Shown here one piece after another: positions 12,352 through 25,219 of a stretch of 64,000 nucleotides of DNA. The DNA is from Eledone cirrhosa. Lineage: Eukaryota. Positions within the stretch are counted from its first letter, which is position 1, and each line of letters starts with the position of its first letter. Where the stretch lies: positions 255,068,001-255,132,000 of the forward strand of contig OZ024743.1 of NCBI GenBank assembly GCA_964016885.1, read 5' to 3'. Below the pieces are notes generated by a model, which had not been told where the DNA came from, made no database searches, and was given only the letters and a program-made list of their open reading frames with translations. A program made the position numbers and the translations under genes.

Positions 12352-15300
12352 GTTGTTATTCCTTGAATCTCAGTCATTGATGTTGGTTAACTGGAAAGTC
12401 CGTTGGATTGAATATCAAGCCACTACCTGCAGCCTCAGATATTCAGGACGTATCGGAGGGTTCTTGCTGTTCCAAGCAAGCATGCCTTTTGAAGCGTTCC
12501 AAAAAGCGTGAAGGGGCCGATTTTCTTTAACCATCCCTGGAAACTTTTGGAGATAGTCCCCAGTGCGCCTATGACAATCGGGATCACTTTGACTTCATGG
12601 CAGTTCCAAATCCTTTTCACCTCCCACTTTAGGTCCTGGTATCGGTTAATTTTCTCCCTCTCCTTCTCTTGCACTCTCGTGTCGAACGGGCAGGCCACAT
12701 CCACAATCAGACACGATCTTTTTTCTTTGTCCACAACCACCAGGTCAGGTCTATTGTGTTCCAGTTTTTTGTCCGTCTGTGTCCTAAAATCCCACAGCAC
12801 CTTCACCTGATTGTTCTCCATCACCGCCTCTGGCCTATGCTCATACCATTTCTCAGAATGTGGTAAATTGTTTACTTTGCACAGGTGCCAGTGGATCACC
12901 CTGCCCATCACATCGTGTCTCCAGCCCTTATAGTGGGTCTGGGCTAGGTGTTTACACTCGGACACAATGTGAGCCACAGTCTCCTCTCTCTCTCCACAGA
13001 TCCTGCACAGTGGGCTAGCCTCCTCCTTGTAGATATGGTGCTTCAACCACTTCGTGTTGAGGGCCTGCTCCTGCGCAGCCATTAGCATTCCTTCTGTAGC
13101 CTTTTTGTGGTCTCCTCTTCTCAACCAGTTCCATGTCTGTGGATCTCTAAATTCAGTTTTCTCAAAGAAGGTACTATGAAGGGATTTTCCCTTAAGGCTG
13201 CTCTTCCTCCTTGAGGTTATTTCCTCCTTGGACATCCCCTGGCCTACTGTCCCCTCCTTCAGTACAGTTCTGAGCATTGGCTCCTTACTATAGGTCACGT
13301 ATTTGTATAGGTTGTTTTTCTCCATCTGAACACAGTCCTCTATGCTGATAAGACCTCTTCCACCCTCAGATCTCCTTAGGTAGAGTCTATCGACATCACT
13401 CCTCTTGTGGAACATGTTGTAGATAGTCAATAGCTTCCTAGTCTTCCTATCCATTTCTTTTTGTTCAGCAACATTCCATCTCAGAATTCCCGCACTGTAC
13501 CTAATAATAGACACAGCTCGGGAATTTACTGCGCTTATGGCATTTCTGCTGTTCAGATGTGACTTCAATACGCTCCTTACTCTCCGAATGTATTCAGTTC
13601 TTAACAATTCCTTCATTTTTTTGTTCTTTATGCCATCAGCCTCCAGAACGCCCAAATACTTGTATCCTTCCTCAGAGTCAATTTCCTTTATCATCTCACC
13701 AGTTGGTATCTGGATCCCGTTACTTCTGCTCAACCTACCCCTCTTCATCACAATGACTCCACATTTACCAATACCAAACTGCATACATATATCACTGCTG
13801 AAAATACGGACAGTGTCAACAAGCACATCCAACTCCTTCTCACTTTTCCCGAAGAGCTTAAGATCGTCCATGAAGAGGAGGTGATTGATGGTAAGCTCTC
13901 CCCTTCCCAACTTGTATCCTGCTCTCACTTTTCGCAGCATAATGGTCAAGGGCATCAGGGCAAGGACAAACAACAGAGGGGACAGGCTATCTCCCTGGAA
14001 GATACCTCTCTTGATCTTCACGCTTCCCAAGGATACTCCAGTTGATGTCAACTCTGTCACCCAGGACCCCATACTCCTGCCTAGCAACTGTCTGATGTTA
14101 TCTGCCACCCTGAAGATCTCCAGGCTTTTGGTGATCCAGGAATGAGGCACCATGTCAAATGCCTTTCTGTAGTCTATCCATCCCATGGCAAGATCAGTGT
14201 GTCTCCTCCTGCAATTCCCCATTACCATCTTATCAATAAGTAACTGGTCCTTTGTACCACGCGACTTCTTTCGGCATCCTTTCTGTTCGTCCGGTAACAA
14301 GTTGTTTGTGTGGAGGTGATGGTAGATTTCCTCAGACACAATGCTCGTCAACAGTTTCCACATTACGGACAGACATGTGATAGGTCTATAGTTGGTAACA
14401 TCATTACCCTTGATTCGGTCTTTCATTATCAGAACTGTGGTACCTTTTGTCAACCACTCTGGCACCTCACCCGACACCAAGCAGTCATTGAACATGGCCG
14501 TCAGCTTCGGGTGGAGGGATGTTAAATGTTTAATCCAATACCCCTGCACACCATCTGGGCCTGGTGATTTCCAGTTGGTTAGTTTTTTGGCCTGCCCCTT
14601 AAGAGTTTCAACTGTGATACTCAAATCAGTTTGTTGTTGTGCCTGCTCACCGATCTCCCTCTGTACTCTCTCAATCCACCCTGCATGGGCATTGTGTCTA
14701 ACATCCTGCTCCCATATTCCTCTCCAGAATGTTTTAGTTTGCTCCGCCCCAGGGATCAAGTCGTTGCCTCTTTCTTTCCCCTCAAGCTGTCCAAACAGCA
14801 TCTTCTGGTTGTTGTCGAACATGCGGTTCTGTTTATACTGACTGTCTCTGTTCTCGTATCGCCTGATTTTTGCACTCTTTGCTACAATGCGTTGCTTCAG
14901 TTCCTCTATGATAATATTTAGCTTTTTCCTCCTAGTTTTGTATTTTATTTCCAGTCTATTTTTAGTGCCTATGTTTTTTAGTGTCCCATTCAGTAGTGAC
15001 TCAAGCTTTCCTATGTCATTTCTCATTTCCCCGATTTGCCCACTCAGTCGCTTCTTCCACCACGGCTCTGCTCTTTCTTGTCTGTTGTTTCCTCTCGCTT
15101 TTATACCAAGTAGTTTCCTCACCGTATTTGCTGTTGCTTTGAGGATATTGTTGCACTGGTGAAGGCTCCTCGCCTCAAGGTATGGGATGACTTTGTTTAC
15201 CTTAGCTGTTGTTTCTTTTAACTTTTTCCTGTCTACAAATCTTAGGTTCATAGGTCTCCCACTATCATTGTTCAATTCATCTACCACTAAATTTAGGATG

Positions 15301-16024
15301 TCAACCGAATCTTGTCCTAGCCCGTCAGCATTCATCTCCTCAGTGGCCGTATCTCTGTTCCAGGTATTATTTATCTCAGTATTCAGATCATTGTCTGCTT
15401 CGGGTGGTTCCTCCGTTCTCAGGACCTCTTCACCTTCATTTCCCACTGGCTCGCTTGTCTGGCATACTACACCCGCCATCTCCAAGCCATTCTCTCTGCT
15501 CAGTTCCTCCAGTTCCAGCTCGCTTATCCACCCATTAGTTCTTATTACCCGAGCCTGCCCGGCCAATTTTTGTTCATCTAATTTAAATAAACCAATCTCG
15601 TTCCAGATGTTATGCATCCGTCTCCTGTAGCCCCTCTCCTTGGGGTTACTTTTCAGGTAACATTGCATAACAGTTCTATTCAATTCTTTCGTCCAGTTGG
15701 TTCTGACCCCTTTCCTTCTTCTCCTTCCTCCAACATCAGCAGTATTTGGTTGACAGTCAGGTTCCTGCTGCTGAGCCAGGGGGCACCTGTTGGGTGAGAG
15801 TCTGTCACATGACGTTCTAGTCTCCATTTCACCGTTATTCGAACTGTTTATGTTCGATATTTAAACACTCTTTTCGAGGATTGGCGAATGTATGGTTACA
15901 TATCCATCTGTGGATCCGCCATTCCACTTGGCCCTTGTGTGGCATTATCACCACGCTGTATACGAACACACATAAACAAACAAACACACAGGCAGAAAGG
16001 GCCCCAAAAATGAATAAGCATAAG

Positions 16025-16025
<1 letters not shown>
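12352..16025 (-). mobile_element. R4/Dong copy 3, apparently full length
   Basis: ~200 nt 5'UTR, single long ORF, ~80 nt 3'UTR, (AAT)n flanks. Confidence 0.93.
12435..15827 (-). CDS. Intact 1130 aa R4/Dong polyprotein: N-terminal nucleic-acid-binding region, RT, CCHC, PD-(D/E)xK RLE
   Basis: ATG start; WTKELN..CY..GYRRRM..IW N-terminal motif; KSPGPDG, YRPITCL, IDYRKAFD, QGDSLSP, FMDD; RHD; RPD..D..K..Y. Confidence 0.93.
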   Translation of the reverse strand: METRTSCDRLSPNRCPLAQQQEPDCQPNTADVGGRRRRKGVRTNWTKELNRTVMQCYLKSNPKERGYRRRMHNIWNEIGLFKLDEQKLAGQARVIRTNGWISELELEELSRENGLEMAGVVCQTSEPVGNEGEEVLRTEEPPEADNDLNTEINNTWNRDTATEEMNADGLGQDSVDILNLVVDELNNDSGRPMNLRFVDRKKLKETTAKVNKVIPYLEARSLHQCNNILKATANTVRKLLGIKARGNNRQERAEPWWKKRLSGQIGEMRNDIGKLESLLNGTLKNIGTKNRLEIKYKTRRKKLNIIIEELKQRIVAKSAKIRRYENRDSQYKQNRMFDNNQKMLFGQLEGKERGNDLIPGAEQTKTFWRGIWEQDVRHNAHAGWIERVQREIGEQAQQQTDLSITVETLKGQAKKLTNWKSPGPDGVQGYWIKHLTSLHPKLTAMFNDCLVSGEVPEWLTKGTTVLIMKDRIKGNDVTNYRPITCLSVMWKLLTSIVSEEIYHHLHTNNLLPDEQKGCRKKSRGTKDQLLIDKMVMGNCRRRHTDLAMGWIDYRKAFDMVPHSWITKSLEIFRVADNIRQLLGRSMGSWVTELTSTGVSLGSVKIKRGIFQGDSLSPLLFVLALMPLTIMLRKVRAGYKLGRGELTINHLLFMDDLKLFGKSEKELDVLVDTVRIFSSDICMQFGIGKCGVIVMKRGRLSRSNGIQIPTGEMIKEIDSEEGYKYLGVLEADGIKNKKMKELLRTEYIRRVRSVLKSHLNSRNAISAVNSRAVSIIRYSAGILRWNVAEQKEMDRKTRKLLTIYNMFHKRSDVDRLYLRRSEGGRGLISIEDCVQMEKNNLYKYVTYSKEPMLRTVLKEGTVGQGMSKEEITSRRKSSLKGKSLHSTFFEKTEFRDPQTWNWLRRGDHKKATEGMLMAAQEQALNTKWLKHHIYKEEASPLCRICGEREETVAHIVSECKHLAQTHYKGWRHDVMGRVIHWHLCKVNNLPHSEKWYEHRPEAVMENNQVKVLWDFRTQTDKKLEHNRPDLVVVDKEKRSCLIVDVACPFDTRVQEKEREKINRYQDLKWEVKRIWNCHEVKVIPIVIGALGTISKSFQGWLKKIGPFTLFGTLQKACLLGTARTLRYVLNI

Positions 16026-16054
<29 letters not shown>

Positions 16055-16058
<4 letters not shown>

Positions 16059-19000
16059 GTTATTGTTATTCCTTGAATCTCAGTCATTGATGTTGGTTAA
16101 CTGGAAAGTCCGTTGGATTGAATATCAAGCCACTACCTGCAGCCTCAGATATTCAGGACGTATCGGAGGGTTCTTGCCGTTCCAAGCAAGCATGCCTTTT
16201 GAAGCGTTCCAAAAAGCGTGAAGGGGCCGATTTTCTTTAACCATCCCTGGAAACCTTTGGAGATAGTCCCCAGTGCGCCTATGACAATCGGGATCACTTT
16301 GACTTCATGGCAGTTCCAAATCCTTTTCACCTCCCACTTTAGGTCCTGGTATCGGTTAATTTTCTCCCTCTCCTTCTCTTGCACTCTCGTGTCGAACGGG
16401 CAGGCCACATCCACAATCAGGCACGATCTTTTTTCTTTGTCCACAACCACCAGGTCAGGTCTATTGTGTTCCAGTTTTTTGTCCGTCTGTATCCTAAAAT
16501 CCCACAGCACCTTCACCTGACTGTTCTCCATCACCGCCTCTGGCCTATGCTCATACCATTTCTCAGAATGTGGTAGATTGTTTACTTTGCACAGGTGCCA
16601 GTGGATCACCCTGCCCATCACATCGTGTCTCCAGCCCTTATAGTGGGTCTGGGCTAGGTGTTTACACTCGGACACAATGTGAGCCACAGTCTCCTCTCTC
16701 TCTCCACAGATCCTGCACAGTGGGCTAGCCTCCTCCTTGTAGATATGGTGCTTCAACCACTTCGTTTTGAGGGCCTGCTCCTGCGCAGCCATTAGCATTC
16801 CTTCTGTAGCCTTTTTGAGGTCTCCTCTTCTCAACCAGTTCCATGTCTGTGGATCTCTAAATTCAGTTTTCTCAAAGAAGGTACTATGAAGGGATTTTCC
16901 CTTAAGGCTGCTCTTCCTCCTTGATGTTATTTCCTCCTTGGATATCCCCTGGCCTACTGTCCCCTCCTTCAGTACAGCTCTGAGCATTGGCTCCTTACTA
17001 TAGGTCACGTATTTGTATAGGTTGTTTTTCTCCATCTGAACACAGTCCTCTATGCTGATAAGACCTCTTCCACCCTCAGATCTCCTTAGGTAGAGTCTAT
17101 CGACATCACTCCTCTTGTGGAACATGTTGTAGATAGTCAATAGCTTCCTAGTCTTCCTATCCATTTCTTTTTGTTCAGCAACATTCCATCTCAGAATTCC
17201 CGCACTGTACCTAATAATAGACACAGCTCGGGAATTTACTGCGCTTATGGCATTTCTGCTGTTCAGATGTGACTTCAATACGCTGCTTACTCTCCGAATG
17301 TATTCAGTTCTTAACAATTCCTTCATTTTTTTGTTCTTTATGCCATCAGCCTCCAGAACGCCCAAATACTTGTATCCTTCCTCAGAGTCAATTTCCTTTA
17401 TCATCTCACCTGTTGGTATCTGGATCCCGTTACTTCTGCTCAACCTACCCCTCCTCATCACAATGACTCCACATTTACCAATACCAAACTGCATACATAT
17501 ATCCCTGCTGAAAATACGGACAGTGTCAACAAGCACATCCAACTCCTTCTCACTTTTCCCGAAGAGCTTAAGATCGTCCATGAAGAGGAGGTGATTGATG
17601 GTAAGCTCTCCCCTTCCCAACTTGTATCCTGCTCTCACTTTTCGCAGCATAATGGTCAAGGGCATCAGGGCAAGGACAAACAACAGAGGGGACAGGCTAT
17701 CTCCCTGGAAGATACCTCTCTTGATCTTCACGCTTCCCAAGGATACTCCAGTTGATGTCAACTCTGTCTCCCAGGACCCCATACTCCTGCCCAGCAACTG
17801 TCTGATGTTATCTGCCACCCTGAAGATCTCCAGGCTTTTGGTGATCCAGGAATGAGGCACCATGTCAAATGCCTTTCTGTAGTCTATCCATCCCATGGCA
17901 AGATCAGTGTGTCTCCTCCTGCAATTCCCCATTACCATCTTATCAATAAGCAACTGGTCCTTTGTACCACGTGACTTCTTTCGGCATCCTTTCTGTTCGT
18001 CCGGCAACAAGTTGTTTGTGTGGAGGTGATGGTAGATTTCCTCAGACACAATGCTCGTCAACAGTTTCCACATTACGGGCAGACATGTGATAGGTCTATA
18101 GTTGGTAACATCATTACCCTTGATTCGGTCTTTCATTATCAGAACTGTGGTACCTTTTGTCAACCACTCTGGCACCTCACCCGACACCAAGCAGTCATTG
18201 AACATGGCCGTCAGCTTCGGGTGGAGGGATGTTAAATGTTTAATCCAATACCCCTGCACACCATCTGGGCCTGGTGATTTCCAGTTGGTTAGTTTTTTGG
18301 CTTGCCCCTTAAGAGTTTCAACTGTGATACTCAAATCAGTCTGTTGCTGTGCCTGCTCACCGATCTCCCTCTGTACTGTCTCAATCCACCCTGCCTGGGC
18401 ATTGTGTCTAACATCCTGCTCCCATATTCCTCTCCAGAATGTTTTAGCTTGTTCCGCCCCAGGGATCAAGTCGTTGCCTCTTTCTTTCCCCTCAAGCTGT
18501 CCAAACAGCAGCTTCTGGTTGTTGTCGAACATGCGGTTCTGTTTATACTGACTGACTCTGTTCTCGTATCGCCTGATTTTTGCACTCTTTGCTACAATGC
18601 GTTGCTTCAATTCCTCTATGATAATATTTAGCTTTTTACTCCTAGTTTTGTATTTTATTTCCAGTCTATTTTTAGTGCCTATGTTTTTTAGTGTCCCATT
18701 CAGTAGTGACTCAAGCTTTCCTATGTCATTTCTCATTTCCCCGATTTGCCCACTCAGTCGCTTCTTCCACCACGGCTCTGCTCTTTCTTGTCTGTTGTTT
18801 CCTCTCGCTTTTATACCAAGTAGTTTCCTCACCGTATTTGCTGTTGCTTTGAGGATATTGTTGCACTGGTGAAGACTCCTCGCCTCAAGGTATGGGATGA
18901 CTTTGTTTACCTTAGCTGTTGTTTCTTTTAACTTTTTCCTGTCTACAAATCTTAGGTTCATAGGTCTCCCACTATCATTGTTCAACTCATCTACCACTAA

Positions 19001-19440
19001 ATTTAGGATGTCAACCGAATCTTGTCCTAGCCCGTCAGCATTCATCTCCTCAGTGGCCGTATCTCTGTTCCAGGTATTATTTATCTCAGTATTCAGATCA
19101 TTGTCTGCTTCGGGTGGTTCCTCCGTTCTCAGGACCTCCTCACCTTCATTTCCCGCCGGCTCGCTTGTCTGGCATACTACACCCGCCATCTCCAAGCCAT
19201 TCTCTCTGCTCAGTTCCTCCAGTTCCAGCTCGCTTATCCACCCATTAGTTCCTATTACCCGAGCCTGCCCGGCCAATTTTTGTTCATCTAATTTAAATAA
19301 ACCAATCTCGTTCCAGATGTTATGCATCCGTCTCCTGTAGCCCCTCTCCTTGGGGTTACTTTTCAGGTAGCATTGCATAACAGTTCTATTCAATTCTTTC
19401 GTCCAGTTGGTTCTGGCCCCTTTCCTTCTTCTTCTTCCTC

Positions 19441-19441
<1 letters not shown>
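16055..19441 (-). mobile_element. R4/Dong copy 4, lacking the 5'UTR and first ~33 codons; frame otherwise open (16145-19441)
   Basis: High identity to copy 3 up to GGRRRRKG, then (AAT)n at 19442-19490. Confidence 0.92.
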
Positions 19442-19495
<54 letters not shown>

Positions 19496-19583
19496 CAATC
19501 AATCATGCTAGAAACCAACAAATAAGAAAATGCATTAGGATAAATTTTTATTAGTTTCATACTTTATTGAAAATAAGCTAAAC

Positions 19584-19620
19584 AGTCAACGTGTCAGGCA
19601 TTTGCCTTTTATCAGGAATA
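19584..19620 (-). ncRNA. Degenerate minimal hammerhead (PLE pLTR relic)
   Basis: CTGATAA-A-AGGC-AAAT-GCCT-GACA-CGT-T; core altered and stem I weak. Confidence 0.35.
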
Positions 19621-21229
19621 ACGGAGTTCAGCGAGTACAAAAAGACAGAAAAAAAGGAAAAACGCAAAGAAAATAAAAAAATTTAAACAAAATTACAAAT
19701 AAAATAAAAAGGAAAGCGAGGGGGAGAAGGAGTTATGATGGGTGGTGGAGTGCTCCAATGTGCAGAAGGTTGGGTCAAGGTGAGGGGTGCTGACATGTAG
19801 TTGGGTTGCACATTATACTGCATATGCATGTGTGCAGGTGTTAAGTGTGTTGTTGGTGGAAGTGTGTGTTTGTGTGTACACAGGCGTTCATGCACACATG
19901 AATATACACACAAAAAAACATGTATATTTGTACACACATACACATTTACAGATGCATGTGTGCTTGGGATTGTGTATTGCCCGTGTTCCCTTATACGCAC
20001 TTGTGCATGTGTGCGTATGTGTGTATGTTTGGCAGGGATGCGTGTATTATATGTTCATGTGCATTAGTCTATAGGTGTGTGTGTCTGTAGATGGGGTGGG
20101 TGGGTTTTCGTATCTAGTATGATCTGAGATGGATTTTCGTATCCAGTAGGGTCCAAGTTGGTAAGGCATATGTATATGGTGGCCATGTCAAAGTGGAAGA
20201 GAAAGGACTTGTGGGTGAGTGATAGCCAGAGGAAGTATGTGTGTGTGTGTAGGGGAGAGGTGGTGGCAGAGCTCTTAGAGAGGACTAGGAATGGGCATGT
20301 ATGATATGGTGAAGCAGTCAAATAGAATGAAGGAGTGTGTAGTGGTTGAGGAAGTTGATAGATAATGTGCTGGGTGTGGGAGAGAGAATTGGTGTGACAA
20401 AGTGGGAGTTGTCCTGGCAAATAATATGTATGGTGTGGCAGTGTTAGTGGTTGGGGTGATGATTAAGGTGATGGAGTAGATAGTGTATGTGTTTGTGTTG
20501 GTGTGTGTGTATATGCTGTTTGTGGTGGAGGTGGTAGTTTTACTGATGCATGCGAATGCAGAGGCACAAGCAGAAATATATATATATTCACATGTATGTG
20601 TGGAGGGGTGAGTTGGTAATGTTAATTATGTTAGTTATATGAGTAGGCGTTCTAGCCATAGTTGTGGAGAGTTAGTGAGTATTAATAGTGTTAGCTGGCC
20701 GTGTGTGTATGGGGTCATCTATGCGTGCACGTGGTTATCAATTTGTGTGTGTGTTCAAAGTGTACAAAGTGCAATTACGGAGGTGTTTTAATGTATTCAT
20801 TTGCAGGTGTATGTGAGTGGGTTTGTTAGTGGAAGTGTCCGTGCATTGTTCAGCTGGTATGTGCGCAGTTGCACAAACACAAACACATATATTTGTGCAG
20901 TTGTGTGTCATGGGGTTAGTTAGAAATGTTACCTGGTATTAGTTGTAATAGCTGGTAAAGATGTATTTTGGCAAGAGTGGGAATGTTGTGAGTGACAGCA
21001 GTGTTAAGTGGCTGTGTGTGAATGGGCTCAAATGTGCATGTACATGGTGGTCAGTGTATGTGTGTGTGTGTGCACAAGCATGCATCTTTATGTACAGTTA
21101 CATTACTAATGTATCCATATGCTGGTGTATGTAAGTGTGTGAGTACTGATGGAAGGGTTTGTGGGTGCGGGTGTGTGGTTGAAAGAGTGGTGGGTGTTGG
21201 GAGGGTGCTGCCAAGCAGAAAACTGCTGG

Positions 21230-22260
21230 TGGGTTTAGACCAGGGTGGGTAAAGGTTTGGAGAAAAAAAATGAGGTGCTGTTCCCTCCTGAGGCATGAAT
21301 CAACTGGTCCAGCACAGATAACAAGGCCAAAAATTGTGAGGTGGTTTGTGGAGAGTAATGCAAAGCAGAAATGTCTGGTGATGAAAGATTGGTTGCCCAG
21401 AAGATATCACAGATGTGCTTGGCAAATCTGTCTGCAAATGGTTTGGCCAATATAGAAGGCCTCACTTTGTGTGCAACAGATCCCATAAACAAGACTCATG
21501 GAGGTACAGCGGAAGGAGTCCCTAATGTGGAATATGTGGAGACAAGGATATTTCAGAGGTTATGTGCACTTGAAGAAGAGGACAGGTGGGAGGTGAAAAA
21601 TGAGGAAGGTGGAGGTGTCTAACTGGAGTCTGCCAAAGAGACAGAGGATCATCCTCTGGAGTGGCAAGGGGTGGTAGGAAAGTGGGAAAGATAGCCAAAT
21701 GGTAGTGGTGGGGGAGGCATAGTTTGAGGCCGGTGGTGTGATCAACCTCACACACTTGGATGAGGAGAGCTTGGACTAGGGTTGTGGATACTCTCGCCAA
21801 ATGAACAGTTTAGTGATATTTTGAGCTTGGACCTAAATGTCATGGGTTTGGATGCAGAGGCAGTGGAGGCAAAAAAATCAGGAGTAGGGGATGGAGTATT
21901 TGGTTTGGGTATGGTGTGGTGTGATGGTGTGAAATCAAGGTAGTAGTGGAAGTCGGTGAGTTTGAAAAAGGTCACAGTAATGAATGAACGATGGGAGTGG
22001 ACCGAAGTGGTGGAGGTATTGAACTCAGGGGCAGAGTGTAGGAGCCGAAGAAGGAGATGAAGAAGTTGAGCTATTCTCGGGTGAGTGAGGTGGTCCAGAT
22101 ACAGTCTTTGATGTAACAACCATATAGCTCTGGGATGTTACCCGTGTATTGGGCAAAGATTTGTGCCTCAACATAGCTGACGAATAAGTTGGCATATTTG
22201 GGGCTCATTCTTGTGCCTATGCCAAACCTTGTGCCCTGTTGGCAAACCCTACCCAAAAAG
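21230..22260 (-). pseudogene. Penelope-like element RT and GIY-YIG relic
   Basis: GIGTRMSPKYANLFVSYVE..LYGCYIKD (RT), YLDFT, YHPL; FYIGQT and ADRFAKH (endonuclease). Confidence 0.75.
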
Positions 22261-23399
22261 GAAAAAAAACAAGAAGAGAGTCATATTATAATTTATAAAG
22301 CTGATTAGGCTGTAACCTATGGGTCCCAGAGTGACTAAGGGCTGTTTTACTGGGATGAAAGTTTCCAAAGCAGGAAGGGGCCTGAATTAGTTCATAGTCT
22401 AGGAGCCTGGCCATAGATTAATACGACCCTGCTTGAGAATTATGTAGAGTATTCAACTAAATTAAATCTAACACCTATTAATATTTCGAAACTTTATTTT
22501 ATTAGCCGTGTTCTTAACAATAGAAATTCTTCCATCTTGTTGGAGATTTTCAGAAAGATTTCTAAATGTTTCTCTGCGATTGTTTTAAATATTTTGACAC
22601 ATTCCTTCTTTATTTTGTAATTAATTCAGTATTTTCTGTATCTTTAATTACAGACTCTCTCAGAGACAATCTTACTCAACTTGTTTGGTTTTAAGGGGAA
22701 GAAACAAAATAATACAAACAAATTTAATTTAATGAAAGTTGAATTTATTTATAAAACATAACAAAACAATCCAAGAGATTTTGTTGAATTGTTTTGTATA
22801 TTTTTATGTCTTTTATTATGTTTTATTTATTTATTCATTTTTTTTATTTGTTTCTGCAGTTAGTATGTTATTTTTGGTAAGAAAAAAAAAATGAATGAAT
22901 ATGTAATTATGTTCAATAAACTGCTGAATGAGACAGTTTAATTCTTGAGAAAATATCTTTAATGCTTACAATTAATGTCAGTGATAAAGGTGTTGGTGGG
23001 GGTTAAGATAGGTTGATAGAGAGGGAGATAAAGAGGATGGGGTGATGGAGTAGAAGGGTCAAGATATGTCAATTGGAATAGATATATAAAAAATAGCAGG
23101 TTAAAAAGATGGTTAGTAAAAAAGAAATTTAAATAAATATAACAAAAAATAGCAGGTTAAACATATAGTTAGTATCTAGATAAAGTTAGTGCCTAAGTAC
23201 CACCTAGATAAATATAGATATAAAATGAAGAATAATAACTGATGTGTTTTAAGATTGTCTTGAAAATATCTTCTGAAGAAATCTTGACGTAAACTTTACA
23301 TGATATATTGAATTACACAATTCCTCAAGTAGCAGTTATCATTTACATTTATTTTTCTATGTTTGTATGGGATTGGACAAAGCGCTGAGCTCATTCTGG

Positions 23400-23622
23400 T
23401 TGTTAAGCAACTGGGAGTACATGACTTCCCCTCCTGGACATGATGCCAGTCGTCTGATATACTGCTAACCCCTAGCTGCAACATGTAGGTACTCATTGTT
23501 TGAGCTGAGCTATAAGAAATGAAATGCCTTGCACTGATGGGCTAAACACATCAATTGGTCTGGGAACCAAACTCATGACCTTATGATCAACAGTCCAACA
23601 ACCATAACCACTAAGCCATATG
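23400..23622 (-). mobile_element. Decayed tRNA-derived SINE
   Basis: CATAACCACTAAGCCATATGC = reverse complement of the SINE head at 27072. Confidence 0.55.
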
Positions 23623-25219
23623 CTTTGTATGAAAAATTAGAATGAACTGAAACTCAAGGCAGGTTAGAGATTAGAAATCTCTTAAGAATAAACATTGATG
23701 CTGGTGTCACTAAACATTATGATGATTTGAATGGATAACTATATGCTTTTCTGTGACCATCGTACCAACCTCTATGTATCTTTCTTTCACTCTGGAAAAC
23801 AACAAATATCTGAAATATTCGATTATTCCACTCCTCTTAGCAAATCTAATTTATTTATTTTCTGGATTAACTTTAGCCAATGCAGACCACCAGCAGTAAA
23901 TTAACATAGTAGTTAGAGCTGTATTTGTTCAGGCTCTCTGCATTCTCACGTCAATTTTGCCTTTTTTGTGACAATCAATAAATAAAATAACTGTCCAGGG
24001 TGTGGTGGATTGGCAAAATTGTTAGTGTCAGACATCTGTTTTGCAGTATTGGCTCGGATTCTTAAGTTCAAATCTTGCCACCTTTCACTAGAAATAGTAA
24101 AATGTCATGAATGGATGGGGCCCTCTATCATTAAACAACTACAAAAACCTGCTATGAAATACAATCTCAAATGAAGCCAACTAAGCCTACATATGTGTGA
24201 GTTGTAACAACAAATGAAAACAATGCAGGCCACTGCCAGATTCTTTGGAGTTTGGACATTACTTCTAATGTATTTGATTTTATGTTGGACCTACGTATGA
24301 ACTCATAACTCCTGACAGAGTCATAGGGGGTGCCATCAGGACAGACAACATGTCTTCATCATTATAAACCTGACAGAACCCACCCTCTCACTAGATCTGA
24401 ACACAGCTGATTTCTTCCACAAAATGAGAGAGAAAGCATGTGAGAGAAACTGTGTGAGAGGGAGAGAAGAAAGAGAAAGGGAAGAGAGAGAAGATCGACC
24501 TCAGTACTGGACTGGTACTTTTTCTTTGTCAACCTCCAAAGAATGAAAGGCGATGTTGAATATGGCAGTATTTGAATTAAGATCGCAGAGCTGGAATGCA
24601 TGCTGCAAAGTATTCTGTCTGACGTTCTAATTGCTCTGTCAATTTGCCACAGGCCAGACCTATAAAGGAGGAGAAAACAAATGCAGTGCTGATTATAGGG
24701 GAGATTAGCAGACTCCTCTAGATATATAGTTTGTTTTGGGGGACCACATCAGTCATCTATTAACAGCGAAGGGTTCACTGATTCTGTTTTAAATACTTTA
24801 TAGGTCCGTTAAATTTGAAGATGCTTTCAGGAAATTTCAGAAGACAGTGTTTTCTAAAGGTAGTCAAAAGTGATTAGAATGGTGGTGGTGCCCTGATTCT
24901 AATTAGAGGGTAGCTTCTAATTTGTATTGATGGGTTGCCTTTGTTTGTTCTGTTTTTCTTTTTACCCACATCACAACCCAGTTTTAATATATAGTACTAT
25001 ATTATTGCACTAACCACTGCAGCACTTATCTATATGTATATCTCTACCTCACGTTTCTAACAATTTCTACAAAACACATTTTTGCATAGGTATGGATACA
25101 ATATAGCCATTACATCAAGTAGTATTCATATTAAGGAAGTGTTAAAGCAGTTTCACACTACTGGCATCCAAAAGTGTCTGTACCTTTTGGATGAATCTAC
25201 AGGTTTATTATTATTATTA

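Noticed and set aside
15880-15895. GGCGAATG resembling the HDV ribozyme J4/2 strand
   Set aside because: It is antisense to the element and lacks a P1/P3/P1.1 framework
19442-19498. Poly-Asn N-terminus of the Dong copy 4 protein
   Set aside because: Translation of the (AAT)n target; the start codon is TTG in flanking DNA with a stop just upstream
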